Of a DNA stretch of 64,000 nucleotides, positions 48,349-58,421 are shown piece by piece. Below the pieces are notes generated by a model that was given only the letters and a program-made list of their open reading frames with translations, was not told the DNA's origin and searched no databases. The DNA is from an uncultured Gemmatimonadota bacterium. Lineage in GTDB: Bacteria > JAAXHH01. The position numbers and the translations under genes were made by a program. Location of the stretch: positions 2,016,001 to 2,080,000 of the forward strand of contig OX638340.1 in the NCBI GenBank assembly GCA_951812955.1. The letters run 5' to 3'. Each line of letters opens with the position of its first letter. Position 1 is the stretch's first letter.

Positions 48349-50975
48349 CCGGAACCGAACTGCGCAAATCGTTTACGGGTTTTTTCGCCGACCGTGACCA
48401 CACCGTCGTCCCGAGCGCCAGCGTGGTACCCTGGGACGATCCTACCCTGCTGTTCACCAACGCAGGGATGAACCAGTTCAAGGACGTATTCCTGGGACAG
48501 AGCACCCGCGACTACGTGCGCGCGGTGGATTTCCAGAAATGCATCCGGGCCGGCGGCAAGCACAACGACCTCGAGGACGTGGGCAGGTCGCCCATCCACC
48601 AGACCTTCTTCGAGATGCTCGGCAACTGGTCCTTCGGAGACTACTACAAGGAAGAGGCCATCGTCTGGGCCTGGGAACTGCTGACCGAAGAATGGAAATT
48701 GTCCCCCGACCTGCTCTGGGCGACCGTGTTCCGGGAGGACGTCGAATCCGAGCAGCTCTGGAAGCGGCACACCGGCGTGGCGGCCGACCGGATCCTGAGA
48801 TTCGACGAGAAAGACAACTTCTGGGAGATGGGCGAGACCGGTCCGTGCGGGCCCAACTCCGAAATCCACTATGACCGGGGACCGGAACGCTGTGATTTGA
48901 AAGGCGATCCGGACCACATCTGCGAGGTTAACGGGGACTGCAAGCGGTTCGTGGAGATCTGGAACCTGGTCTTCATACAGTATGACCGGGGAACCGACGG
49001 CGTGCTGACGCCTCTGCCTGCCCGGCACGTTGACACTGGAATGGGATTCGAGCGCATGCTCAGCATATTCCAGGACGTGGATACGAATTACGAGACCGAC
49101 GTGTTCCAGCCGCTGATGGACCACATCGGCGCATTGTCGGAACGGCCCCGCATGGAAGAGGATACGGCCATGGCCTACCGCGTGGTCGCGGATCACATCC
49201 GCGCCCTTACTTTCGCCATTGCCGACGGCGTCCTGCCCTCCAACGATGGCCGGGGCTACGTGCTGCGCCGGATTCTGCGCCGTGCGTCGCGGTATGGCCG
49301 CACGCTGGGTCTTTCCAGACCCTTCCTGTATCGACTTGTGCCTACGCTGACGGAACAGATGGGCGAGGCGTACCCGGAACTCCCGGCCGCTCGTGAAAAA
49401 GTGGAGACGGTGGTCCAGTCCGAGGAAGTGGCCTTCGGCCGCACACTGGACCACGGAATCGAACTCTTCGAGGACATGGCGGAGCGGGCGGATGCCGAAG
49501 GACGCAGTGAGGTCCGGGGCGACGAGGCCTTCAAACTGTACGATACCTACGGCTTTCCCCTGGACCTGACGCAGTTGATGGCCGACGAAAAGGACCTGAC
49601 CGTGGACCTGGCCGGTTTCGAGACGGAAATGGCGCAGCAGCGGGCAAGGTCGAGGACATCTGGAACGACTTTCAGTGGCGAATCAATAGTAGGTGGCGGT
49701 CTTGCGGCCGAACGCCCTACGGAATTCGTCGGAGATGAGATGCTCTCCGTCGACAAGACCAGGGTGGAGGCGTGTGAGAACGGTTCCGTCGTCCTGACCA
49801 GCACCCCGTTCTACGGCGAATCGGGCGGACAGGTGGGCGACACAGGCTGGCTGGAGACGAAGGCGGGAGATCGGATCGCCGTGCGGGACACCACGCGGGT
49901 CGGCGACACAATCATCCACCACTGCGATCCTGACAGCGCCGCCCGTCTCGAACCCGGCATGGTCGTCGCCGCGCAAGTCGATGACGCGCGCAGGCAGGCC
50001 ATCATGCGTAACCACACGGCCACCCACTTGCTGCACGCCGTGCTGCGGGAGACCCTGGGCGCCCACGTGGAACAGCGAGGCTCCGTGGTCGCGCCCGACC
50101 GTCTTAGATTCGACTTCGCCCATTTCAAACCGGTAGACCCCGACGAACTGAACGCCATCGAACGCAGGGTCAACGAGTTGATCTGGGAAAACATCGGCGT
50201 CGAACCGTTCGAAACCGACCTGGAAGACGCCAGAAGCCAGGGCGCCATGGCGCTTTTCACGGAGAAGTACGAAGACAGGGTACGCGTGGTGCGCATCGGA
50301 GACGCGAGCCTTGAACTGTGCGGCGGCACGCACCTCGACGCCACGGGAGAGATCGGGTTGTTCCGGCTGGTCCGTGAATCGGGCATCTCTGCCGGCGTGC
50401 GGCGGGTGGAGGCCCTGACCGGCGCCGGCGCCTACGAAACCGTAAAGCGAGACGAAGGACTCGTCGCGGGAGCCGCGGAGGCCCTCAAGAGCGAGCCGGA
50501 GGACCTGTTGAAAAGAGCCGGCGACCTGAATGCGCGGGTCCGCGAACTGGAACGTCACATCAGGGAAATGGGCCGTTCCGCGGCACAGAACTGGGCCGAT
50601 GGCCTGGTCGACGGGGCCGTTGACGCGGACGGCGTCTCCGTGGCCGCCGGTCGCGTGGAATGCCCGGACATCGACACCCTCCGCGCCATGGGAGACACGT
50701 TGCGCGCGCGCCTTTCCGACGCCGCGGTGGGCGTACTCTTCGCGAGCTTCGAGGACCGGCCCGTCTGCATCGTCGTGGTGACAGATGGTGCGATCTCCGG
50801 ACACGGCCTGCACGCGGGCAGACTGGCGCGGGACGTGGCCGCCTTCATCGGCGGCGGTGGCGGCGGGAAAGCGCACATGGCGCAGGCCGGCGGAAAAGAC
50901 GCGTCCCGGATCGACGAAGCCGTCACCCGTGCCGCCGGGGTCGTTGAGAACCACCTGCGGACCGCCGGGCAATGA
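48345..50975 (+). CDS. alaS: Alanine-tRNA ligase
   Basis: Class II aaRS motifs, HxxxH zinc motif (HTATHLLH), C-terminal DHHA1 domain. 876 aa from a TTG start with GAGGAA upstream. Confidence 0.9.
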   Translation: MTGTELRKSFTGFFADRDHTVVPSASVVPWDDPTLLFTNAGMNQFKDVFLGQSTRDYVRAVDFQKCIRAGGKHNDLEDVGRSPIHQTFFEMLGNWSFGDYYKEEAIVWAWELLTEEWKLSPDLLWATVFREDVESEQLWKRHTGVAADRILRFDEKDNFWEMGETGPCGPNSEIHYDRGPERCDLKGDPDHICEVNGDCKRFVEIWNLVFIQYDRGTDGVLTPLPARHVDTGMGFERMLSIFQDVDTNYETDVFQPLMDHIGALSERPRMEEDTAMAYRVVADHIRALTFAIADGVLPSNDGRGYVLRRILRRASRYGRTLGLSRPFLYRLVPTLTEQMGEAYPELPAAREKVETVVQSEEVAFGRTLDHGIELFEDMAERADAEGRSEVRGDEAFKLYDTYGFPLDLTQLMADEKDLTVDLAGFETEMAQQRARSRTSGTTFSGESIVGGGLAAERPTEFVGDEMLSVDKTRVEACENGSVVLTSTPFYGESGGQVGDTGWLETKAGDRIAVRDTTRVGDTIIHHCDPDSAARLEPGMVVAAQVDDARRQAIMRNHTATHLLHAVLRETLGAHVEQRGSVVAPDRLRFDFAHFKPVDPDELNAIERRVNELIWENIGVEPFETDLEDARSQGAMALFTEKYEDRVRVVRIGDASLELCGGTHLDATGEIGLFRLVRESGISAGVRRVEALTGAGAYETVKRDEGLVAGAAEALKSEPEDLLKRAGDLNARVRELERHIREMGRSAAQNWADGLVDGAVDADGVSVAAGRVECPDIDTLRAMGDTLRARLSDAAVGVLFASFEDRPVCIVVVTDGAISGHGLHAGRLARDVAAFIGGGGGGKAHMAQAGGKDASRIDEAVTRAAGVVENHLRTAGQ

Positions 50976-50988
50976 TCGGCTCGAATAC

Positions 50989-51873
50989 ATGCGCATTCTC
51001 ATAACCGGCGCCCGTGGACAACTGGGTACGGACCTGCAGCGTTCACTGACGGATCACGAGTTGATACCGTGCACACGCGACGAGCTCGACGTCACGGAGA
51101 AACACCGTGTGTACGCCCTGCTGAAGGACCACCGGCCCGATGCGGTGATTAACGCCGCGGCGTACCACCGGGTCGACGAGTGCGAGTCCCATCCCGACAA
51201 GACATTTACCGTCAATGCCTTCGGTCCCTGGCACCTGGCCATGGCATGCCGCATGTACGCGGCGAAACTGGTGCACATCAGCACGAATTTCGTGTTCGAC
51301 GGCACGGCGGACAGGCCGTACCGGGAAGATGACCTGCCCCTGCCGCTGAACGTATACGGCACGGCCAAGCTGTCCGGCGAGCATTTGGTACGGTCGACCT
51401 GGGACCGTCATTTCATCATCCGGACCACCGGCCTGTTCGGACATTCCGGCGGTGGTGGCAAAGGGTACAATTTCGTCGAGGCCATGATCCGGGCGGGGAT
51501 GGAAAGACGGGAAGTGGTCGTGGTTAGCGACCAGGTGATGTCGCCCACGGCGACGGCGGACCTGGCCAGGACACTCGGGGAACTCGTCACAACCGATACC
51601 TACGGCACCTACCACGTCACCAGTGGCGGCGCGTGCTCCTACTTCGACTTCGCGCGGACCATCTTCCAGAAAACAGGAATAGAAACTGCAGTGAAACCCA
51701 CGTCCACCGAATCGTACGGCGCGCCGGCCGCCCGTCCCCTGTATACCGTACTGGACAACGGCCGGATCCGGTCCCTGGGCATCGCGGAGATGCCCCCGTG
51801 GGAAGACGCCCTGGACGACTACCTGGCGCGACGGGCCGGTCATGGCGAAGAAGCGATCGGCAGGATCCCATGA
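50989..51873 (+). CDS. dTDP-4-dehydrorhamnose reductase family (RmlD-like NDP-sugar reductase)
   Basis: N-terminus MRILITGARGQLG Rossmann motif, catalytic YGTAKLSGE (YxxxK). 294 aa. Confidence 0.75.
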   Translation: MRILITGARGQLGTDLQRSLTDHELIPCTRDELDVTEKHRVYALLKDHRPDAVINAAAYHRVDECESHPDKTFTVNAFGPWHLAMACRMYAAKLVHISTNFVFDGTADRPYREDDLPLPLNVYGTAKLSGEHLVRSTWDRHFIIRTTGLFGHSGGGGKGYNFVEAMIRAGMERREVVVVSDQVMSPTATADLARTLGELVTTDTYGTYHVTSGGACSYFDFARTIFQKTGIETAVKPTSTESYGAPAARPLYTVLDNGRIRSLGIAEMPPWEDALDDYLARRAGHGEEAIGRIP

Positions 51874-52856
51874 TCATCACCCAGACCCCCCTGCGCATCA
51901 GCTTCGCAGGCGGGCTGACGGATTTCTCCGATTTCTACGAGCGGGAAGACGGCCTGGTCGTCAGCGCGGCCATCGACAAATACATCTTCGTCATCATCAA
52001 TGAACGATTCGACGACCGGATTTACATCAACTATTCGAAAAGGGAGGCCGTCGATCATCCCGACGAGATCGAGCACGACCTGATCCGGGAGGCCCTGCGG
52101 CTTACCGGCGTGAGCCGGGGCGTGGAAATCACGACGCTGACGGACATTCCCGCCGAAGGATCTGGCCTGGGGTCCTCGAGCAGTATTACCGTGGGCCTAT
52201 TGAACGCCCTGTATACCTATTGCGGCAATCCGCAGCCCACGGAGAAACTGGCGCGGGACGCCTGCGAGATTGAAATCGACCGGTGCGCACAGCCAATCGG
52301 GAAGCAGGACCAGTACATCGCGGCCTACGGCGGGCTGCGCGGTTTCACTTTCCGGCCCGTCGGCGTGGAGGTGGAACACCTCGGCCTCGCCAACGGACAT
52401 GCGGAATGGTTGAGTGACAGTCTGATGCTGTTCTACACCAACAAGACGCGCAAGGCGGAAACCATCCTGCGCGAGCAGAAAGCGAATATGTCCGACAAAT
52501 TCACCCTCGTTAAAGAAATCAAATCCGTGGCGCAAGGTGTGCGTGCAGCCCTGACGGCCGGCCGGATCGACGGCATGGGCGAGCTGCTGGACCGGGGCTG
52601 GAAGTGGAAGTACAGGATGTCCGGCCTGGTGAGCAACGCCGAGATCGACTCCATGTACCGACGGGCCAAGGACGCCGGCGCCACCGGGGGCAAGGTATGC
52701 GGTGCGGGAGGCGGTGGTTTCCTGCTCCTGTTTTGTCCCGCATCCACCCGTTCCAGGGTCCGCGAAGCGCTGTCCGACTACAGGGAACTGCCCTTCAACC
52801 TGGAGCGGGACGGCACCAAGGTGATCTTCAATATGCGGAGGCAGGTATCAAAGTGA
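51870..52856 (+). CDS. GHMP kinase, D-glycero-D-manno-heptose 7-phosphate kinase (HddA)-like
   Basis: N-terminal PLRISFAGGLTD motif and GHMP ATP-binding loop PAEGSGLGSSSSITVGL. Start overlaps the rmlD-like stop (ATGA). Confidence 0.65.
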   Translation: MIITQTPLRISFAGGLTDFSDFYEREDGLVVSAAIDKYIFVIINERFDDRIYINYSKREAVDHPDEIEHDLIREALRLTGVSRGVEITTLTDIPAEGSGLGSSSSITVGLLNALYTYCGNPQPTEKLARDACEIEIDRCAQPIGKQDQYIAAYGGLRGFTFRPVGVEVEHLGLANGHAEWLSDSLMLFYTNKTRKAETILREQKANMSDKFTLVKEIKSVAQGVRAALTAGRIDGMGELLDRGWKWKYRMSGLVSNAEIDSMYRRAKDAGATGGKVCGAGGGGFLLLFCPASTRSRVREALSDYRELPFNLERDGTKVIFNMRRQVSK

Positions 52857-52929
52857 TCCGCGAGAACCACGACTGGACACGGGAGGTCCGATGATCCGCG
52901 AATACCTCGACTGGACACGGGAGGTCCTG
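52854..52929 (+). repeat. 38-bp imperfect tandem duplication spanning the gmhA start codon
   Basis: Unit 1 (52854-52891) TGATCCGCGAGAACCACGACTGGACACGGGAGGTCCGA; unit 2 (52892-52929) TGATCCGCGAATACCTCGACTGGACACGGGAGGTCCTG, about 32/38 identical. The upstream copy encodes a 13-codon mini-ORF (VIRENHDWTREVR) ending in ATGA at the real start. Confidence 0.7.
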
Positions 52930-53457
52930 GACCGGATCGATCCCGGCGAAGTGCAGGAACTCATCGATCTCCTGATGGACGCGCGGAAGAAAGGGCGAGG
53001 CATCTTCGTCATAGGGAACGGCGGCAGCGCGGCCACGGCCTCGCATTTCGCCGTGGACCTGGGCAAGGGCACGCTGCGCGGCACGGAAGATCAACCCCGA
53101 TTCCGGGTCAACAGCCTTACCGACAACCTCCCCTACGTCACCGCATGGGCAAACGACTTCGACTACGACCTGGTCTTCGAACAGCAACTTCGCAACCTGG
53201 GCGCCCCCGGCGATGTGGTCATCGGCATCAGCGCGTCGGGGAACAGTCCCAACGTGGTCCGCGCCCTGGAATTCGCCCGTACCGCCGGGATGGTTTCGGT
53301 CGCGATGACGGGGTTCTCAGGCGGCACGCTCATGGAAATCGCAGATCATTCTGTCCATGTCCCCGTAGACGACTACGGCATGGCGGAGAACATGCACATG
53401 CTCATCGTCCACATCATCGTCACGCAGACCACGTCCCGCGTAGCGAACGGCGAATGA
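52891..53457 (+). CDS. gmhA: D-sedoheptulose 7-phosphate isomerase (SIS domain)
   Basis: GIFVIGNGGSAATASHFAVDL SIS motif. 188 aa. Confidence 0.8.
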   Translation: MIREYLDWTREVLDRIDPGEVQELIDLLMDARKKGRGIFVIGNGGSAATASHFAVDLGKGTLRGTEDQPRFRVNSLTDNLPYVTAWANDFDYDLVFEQQLRNLGAPGDVVIGISASGNSPNVVRALEFARTAGMVSVAMTGFSGGTLMEIADHSVHVPVDDYGMAENMHMLIVHIIVTQTTSRVANGE

Positions 53458-54329
53458 CCCTACATTCCTTTGCCAAGATCAATCTCAGTATACACCTGCT
53501 CGGGAAGCGGCCCGACGGCTACCACGAGATCGTCACGCTGATGGAGACCGTAAACCTGGCCGATGACCTGGAAATAACCGGGCAGGAGGCAGGAACGACA
53601 GTCACGTGCTCCGACCCGTCCGTGCCGACGGACGGGCGTAACCTGGCGCACAGGGCGGCCGTTCTCGTGCGGGACCGTTACGGACTCGGCGACCGGGGTG
53701 TGCGCATCCATATCGAGAAGCGCATCCCGGTGACGGCGGGACTCGCCGGCGGGAGCGGCAACGCGGCCGCGACGCTGCACGGACTCAACGCGCTCTGGTC
53801 GCTGGGATTGCGGAAGGAAGACCTGATGGGCCTCGCCGGGGAGCTGGGATCCGATGTGCCCTTCTGTCTCTACGGCGGCGTGGCGGTAGCGACCGGCCGG
53901 GGAGAAAGGGTCGCCTGGTTGGATGCGGCCGGATCACGCAGCTATGTCCTGGTCTGCCCGCCCCTCGCGGTCACCAGCGGATGGGCCTACAGCAGGTGGA
54001 AAATGGAATTGACAAAAGACGGGTCCTGTATTAACTTAATCTCTTCTGTCATGCAGGCGGGGGACACAGGTAGACTGGCGTCCTGCCTGCATAACGACCT
54101 GGAACCGGCGGTCCGGGCGGCCTATCCCGAAATCGACAGGGCGAAGGGCCTGCTGGCGGACGCCGGAATGGAAGGCGTGCTGATGTCCGGCAGCGGTCCG
54201 GCGGTCTTCGGACTGGCGCCCGACCGGACGGCGGCGGAACGGATAGCAAGCGATCTGCGGGGACGGGTCGAACCGTCCTGGCGGGTCTTCGCGGTTTCCT
54301 CGTCTCCCCGCCGAAATGCCGCGGTTTAA
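53454..54329 (+). CDS. ispE: 4-(cytidine 5'-diphospho)-2-C-methyl-D-erythritol kinase
   Basis: N-terminus HSFAKINLSIHLLGKRPDGYHEIVTLM and GHMP loop. Conserved ispE-prs-rplY-pth block. Confidence 0.85.
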   Translation: MTLHSFAKINLSIHLLGKRPDGYHEIVTLMETVNLADDLEITGQEAGTTVTCSDPSVPTDGRNLAHRAAVLVRDRYGLGDRGVRIHIEKRIPVTAGLAGGSGNAAATLHGLNALWSLGLRKEDLMGLAGELGSDVPFCLYGGVAVATGRGERVAWLDAAGSRSYVLVCPPLAVTSGWAYSRWKMELTKDGSCINLISSVMQAGDTGRLASCLHNDLEPAVRAAYPEIDRAKGLLADAGMEGVLMSGSGPAVFGLAPDRTAAERIASDLRGRVEPSWRVFAVSSSPRRNAAV

Positions 54330-54355
54330 ACGAGGATCCGGAAGGAGGACGGAGC

Positions 54356-55309
54356 ATGGCGGTCGGTTTGAAGATTCTGAGTGGGAATTCAAACGCACCG
54401 CTTGCTAACGACATCTGTGATTATCTCGGCGTATCCCTGGGCAAAGCCGCCGTTTCGCGTTTCAGCGACGAGGAGATCCGGATACACATCAATGAGGACA
54501 TCCGCGGGACGGACGTGTTCGTGGTCCAATCGACCAATTCTCCGGCGGAGAACCTCCTCGAGTTGCTGCTGCTGCTCGACGCGGCGAAACGGGCTTCGGC
54601 CCGCAGGGCTACCGCGGTGATCCCCTATTACGGCTATGCCCGGCAGGACCGCAAGGCGGGGCCCCGGGTACCCATTTCCGCCAAGGTCGTCGCAAACCTG
54701 ATCGCAGCGGCCGGGGCGGACCGCGTGCTGACGATGGACCTGCACGCGCCTCAGATCCAGGGATTCTTCGACATCCCCCTGGATCATCTGTACTCCGCGC
54801 CCGTGTTTACGGGCCGGCTCAGGGAACTGGGGACTTCGGATGAACTCGTAATCGCGTCACCGGACGCGGGAGGCATGGCCATGGCCCGGTCCTACGGCAG
54901 GCGGCTGAACTGCCCCCTGGCCCTGGTGGACAAGCGGCGGCCGAGACCCAACGTGTCCGAGGTCGTCAACGTGATCGGCGAAGTGGAAGGGAAAAACGTA
55001 ATCATCCGCGACGACATGATCGACACCGGGGGAAGCCTGACCGGAGCGGCCGAGGCCTTGAAGAAGAATGGCGCTGAAACGATATACGCGGCGTGCACCC
55101 ACGCGTTGCTCTCCGGAAACGCCGTGCAGAAGGTGGAGGATTCCGTACTGGACAGCCTGATCGTCTCAGACTCGATTCGACTGAGCAAGGACAAGCAGAG
55201 CGGCAAGCTGGAACAACTGTCCGTCGCGTCCCTGTTCGGCGAGGCAATCAAGCGCATACACGAAGAAAAATCCGTCAGTTCGCTCTTCGAATCGTCGGAT
55301 CAGACCTGA
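54356..55309 (+). CDS. prs: Ribose-phosphate pyrophosphokinase
   Basis: Motifs YYGYARQDRK and DLHAPQIQGFFDIP. 317 aa. Confidence 0.9.
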   Translation: MAVGLKILSGNSNAPLANDICDYLGVSLGKAAVSRFSDEEIRIHINEDIRGTDVFVVQSTNSPAENLLELLLLLDAAKRASARRATAVIPYYGYARQDRKAGPRVPISAKVVANLIAAAGADRVLTMDLHAPQIQGFFDIPLDHLYSAPVFTGRLRELGTSDELVIASPDAGGMAMARSYGRRLNCPLALVDKRRPRPNVSEVVNVIGEVEGKNVIIRDDMIDTGGSLTGAAEALKKNGAETIYAACTHALLSGNAVQKVEDSVLDSLIVSDSIRLSKDKQSGKLEQLSVASLFGEAIKRIHEEKSVSSLFESSDQT

Positions 55310-55397
55310 GGCAGGTCATCCGTCCGGTGCCGCTGGTACGGGATAAACCACCGGCAACGGACTGCAACGGAACACCGGTATCACACAGGAGAAGGAA

Positions 55398-56063
55398 ATG
55401 AACCAGGTATCGCTAAAGGCCCGTCAACGCACGGTCACCGGTAAGCAGGTCACCAAGGTGCTTCGGCGGGACGGTGGTCTGCCCGCCGTGGTTTACGGCA
55501 GCGGGGAGTCCCCGACTTCGCTGACCATCGACTACCACGAATTCGAGGGATTTCTCAGGAAGACCAGGGGTGAAAGCGTCGTCATCAACCTGGAAATCGA
55601 AGGCATGGACGACAAAAAGGCCCTGTTGCGGGATATACAGCGGGACTATCTGAGAAACCAGCTGCTCCACGCCGATTTCCAGCAGATCAGGATGAGCGAC
55701 CAGATCACCACGGAGGTCTCGCTCGTGATGATGGGCGAACCTGTCGGCGTTACGAGAGACGGCGGGGTGCTGGACCAGTCTCTGCGGGTGATTGAGATCA
55801 GCTGTGTCGCTTCCGAGATTCCCGAACATCTGGAAGTGGACATAGGCAACCTGGGCATGGGCGAGACGATCCATGTCAGCGATCTTACCTTCGAGAACGT
55901 AGAAATCGTGACCGATGGAGAGGTCGCCGTGGTGTCCGTGCTTACGCCGATGGCCGAGGAGCCGGAAGAAGAAGAAGCCGACCTGGAGCAGGAAGAACCG
56001 GAAATCATTGGCCGGGCCCAGGAAGACGACGAGGACGAGGACGAAGACGGGGACGAAGCATAA
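55398..56063 (+). CDS. rplY: 50S ribosomal protein L25 / general stress protein Ctc
   Basis: L25/Ctc-family layout with an acidic C-terminal tail. Sits between prs and pth. Confidence 0.8.
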   Translation: MNQVSLKARQRTVTGKQVTKVLRRDGGLPAVVYGSGESPTSLTIDYHEFEGFLRKTRGESVVINLEIEGMDDKKALLRDIQRDYLRNQLLHADFQQIRMSDQITTEVSLVMMGEPVGVTRDGGVLDQSLRVIEISCVASEIPEHLEVDIGNLGMGETIHVSDLTFENVEIVTDGEVAVVSVLTPMAEEPEEEEADLEQEEPEIIGRAQEDDEDEDEDGDEA

Positions 56064-56123
56064 GGCAGCCCGGTTATGTGTCAGCATGGCGATTCCGGAT
56101 CCTTGCGGCCTGATGGTCCGTCC

Positions 56124-56699
56124 ATGCATGCCTTCATCGGCCTTGGCAATCCGGGCGTCCGGTACGCGGGCACACGCCATAACGCCGGGTTCGACGTGAT
56201 CGACACCTGGCTTCGGCGTCTCGACCTTGAACTCGCTCCGGTAAGCGATCGGTTTCACGGTACCGTCGCGACGATCGCCGGACTTCCCGTGGCGCTGGTC
56301 AAGCCACTGACTTTCATGAACCGCAGCGGGCACGCGGTCCGGGAAGCGGTGGGACATTACGAACTCGGCGTCGATCGCATCGTGGTCGTCTGCGACGACG
56401 TAAACCTGCCTTTCGGCACGCTGCGTCTCAGGGCGAAGGGCAGTCATGGCGGCCACCGGGGCCTGGAATCCATCGTCGAAGCGCTCGGAACGGAAGCTTT
56501 CAACCGTCAGCGCATCGGGATCGACGTTCCCCGGGATGCCGATACGCTCATCGACTACGTGCTGGAGGCGTTTTCCGAAGAAGAAGCAACCGATCTGCCC
56601 ATCGTCCTCGACCGGGCATGCGACCAGCTCGAGCTGTTCGTCCGTAACGGCTGGGGCGAGGCCGCGAGCAGGTATAACGGTCCTTCGTTCGAGGACTGA
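56124..56699 (+). CDS. pth: Peptidyl-tRNA hydrolase
   Basis: N-terminus MHAFIGLGNPG...RHNAGF and catalytic His context. Confidence 0.85.
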   Translation: MHAFIGLGNPGVRYAGTRHNAGFDVIDTWLRRLDLELAPVSDRFHGTVATIAGLPVALVKPLTFMNRSGHAVREAVGHYELGVDRIVVVCDDVNLPFGTLRLRAKGSHGGHRGLESIVEALGTEAFNRQRIGIDVPRDADTLIDYVLEAFSEEEATDLPIVLDRACDQLELFVRNGWGEAASRYNGPSFED

Positions 56700-56739
56700 A
56701 GGCAATCCGGACAAGCCAACCCGCATACAACCAAGGAGA

Positions 56740-57129
56740 ATGCACGTGCGGTCCTATGAAACAGTAGTGATTATCGATTCCAAGCTTGAAGAAGCGCCGC
56801 TCGATGAGGAGATCACCACCATCGAGGGCCTTATTTCGTCAAACCAGGGGGAAGTCGTCCACACGGAACGCTGGGGAAACCGGAAACTCAGTTACGAGAT
56901 CAACGATACCCACCAGGGTTTCTACACGTTGATCCGTTACGACGGCGAACCGGAGCTGGTAGACGTGCTGGACCGGTCGTTCAAGTTGAATAATCGCGTA
57001 CTCCGACACATGACGAAACGGGTCAGGAAACATCCAGCCCATGTATACGAAAAGGTGGAACAGATCGAAAAAGCGGAACAGGCCGAAAAGGCGGAACAGG
57101 CCGAAAAGGACAAGGGAGCGGAGTCATGA
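56740..57129 (+). CDS. rpsF: 30S ribosomal protein S6
   Basis: N-terminus [15 protein letters not shown]...[30 protein letters not shown]. Acidic repetitive tail [14 protein letters not shown]. Confidence 0.85.
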   Translation: MHVRSYETVVIIDSKLEEAPLDEEITTIEGLISSNQGEVVHTERWGNRKLSYEINDTHQGFYTLIRYDGEPELVDVLDRSFKLNNRVLRHMTKRVRKHPAHVYEKVEQIEKAEQAEKAEQAEKDKGAES

Positions 57130-57359
57130 ATAAAAACAAGATAACCAGGGCGAGAAAGCAGAAGCGCATTCCGGGCCGTATCAAGAACATCGATTACAAG
57201 GACCCGAAGCAACTCCGGCGCTTCGTCACCGAACGAGGCAAAATCGTGCCCAGTCGGATTTCCGGCGCCAGCGCGTTGTGCCAACGCCGCCTGGCCAAGG
57301 CCGTCAAGCGGGCGCGGCACATCGGCCTGCTCCCCTTCATCGAAGAGACCTACAAGTAG
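57126..57359 (+). CDS. rpsR: 30S ribosomal protein S18
   Basis: [26 protein letters not shown] motif. Start overlaps the rpsF stop. Confidence 0.85.
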   Translation: MNKNKITRARKQKRIPGRIKNIDYKDPKQLRRFVTERGKIVPSRISGASALCQRRLAKAVKRARHIGLLPFIEETYK

Positions 57360-57373
57360 CGGAGGAGTCGGAC

Positions 57374-57817
57374 GTGAAGCTCATATTGACCGAGTCTGTG
57401 CATAACCTGGGAAACATCGGTGAAATCGTCGACGTTTCCAATGGGTACGGCAGAAACTTCCTGATGCTGACGAAGAAGGCCATCCCGGCAACTCCCGGAA
57501 ACATGAAGATGCTCCAGGGCAAATTGAAGCAGCAGTTGGCCCTGGAAGCCAAGACCATCGAACAGACTTCCGAACTCGCCAAGATCCTGGAAGAGGTCTC
57601 TCTCACCGCCGTCGTGCAGGTCGGTGAAGAGGATCGTATGTTCGGTTCCGTCACCCAGCAGCACATCGCCGATCTGCTGAAGGAAAAAGGATACGAAATC
57701 GACCGGCGCAAGATCCGTATCGACGAGCCCATCAAGGTGCTGGGCATATATACCATACCCATTATGCTGCACGCCAGGGTAGAGGCCAACGTGAAGCTCT
57801 GGGTGGTCAAGGAGTAG
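57374..57817 (+). CDS. rplI: 50S ribosomal protein L9
   Basis: GTG start after GGAGGAG. N-terminus KLILTESVHNLGNIGEIVDVSNGYGRNFLM. Confidence 0.85.
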   Translation: MKLILTESVHNLGNIGEIVDVSNGYGRNFLMLTKKAIPATPGNMKMLQGKLKQQLALEAKTIEQTSELAKILEEVSLTAVVQVGEEDRMFGSVTQQHIADLLKEKGYEIDRRKIRIDEPIKVLGIYTIPIMLHARVEANVKLWVVKE

Positions 57818-57895
57818 GGCTCCTGCAGCGTTAAATTGGCCTTGACTTGGAGCGCCCGTTTTCATATATTGGCCGTTCGTGAAGGCGGAGGAGAA

Positions 57896-58186
57896 ATGGC
57901 GAGAAGATCGCAGTCAGAGCCCGGTTCAACCCGGTCGTCCGGACGGCGTCGCGCCACGGGTCCCCAGAAGTATGTTCCACCGTTCCGGGGTTCCCATTAT
58001 CGTCTCCTCGCCGTGGTTCTCGGCGTCATACTACTGGGTTTCGTCGTGTTGGCCTACGAATCGATCACCCTGGCGCCTTTGCTGATGGTTTCCGGTTATT
58101 GTGTGGGCATACCCATAATCCTGATCTGGAGGGGTAGATTTCCTTGGGCGGGTTCGGCCAACGACCGGGGATCGCGTCGACCGTAG
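57896..58186 (+). CDS. Hypothetical small membrane protein (2 TM helices)
   Basis: ORF with Arg/Ser-rich N-terminus then two hydrophobic helices. No recognisable family. Confidence 0.3.
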   Translation: MARRSQSEPGSTRSSGRRRATGPQKYVPPFRGSHYRLLAVVLGVILLGFVVLAYESITLAPLLMVSGYCVGIPIILIWRGRFPWAGSANDRGSRRP

Positions 58187-58201
58187 CGTGAATACACGTA
58201 C

Positions 58202-58276
58202 GGGCGATTAGCTCAGTTGGTTCAGAGCGCATGCCTTACAAGCATGAGGTCACTGGTTCGAATCCAGTATCGCCCA
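58202..58276 (+). tRNA. tRNA-Val (anticodon TAC)
   Basis: Acceptor GGGCGAT/ATCGCCC, anticodon stem CATGC/GCATG, loop CTTACAA, T-arm ACTGG TTCGAAT CCAGT. Confidence 0.8.
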
Positions 58277-58288
58277 TGCAGCAAATTC

Positions 58289-58363
58289 GGGGGCGTAGTT
58301 CAATCTGGTTAGAGCACTGCCCTGTCACGGCAGAAGTTGCGGGTTCGAGTCCCGTCGTCCCCG
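58289..58363 (+). tRNA. tRNA-Asp (anticodon GTC)
   Basis: Acceptor GGGGGCG/CGTCCCC, anticodon stem CTGCC/GGCAG, loop CTGTCAC, T-arm GCGGG TTCGAGT CCCGT. Confidence 0.8.
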
Positions 58364-58421
58364 TTTATCTCGATCGATAGCCCGTCGAACATGCATGGTT
58401 CCGGCGGGCTATCTTGATTAT

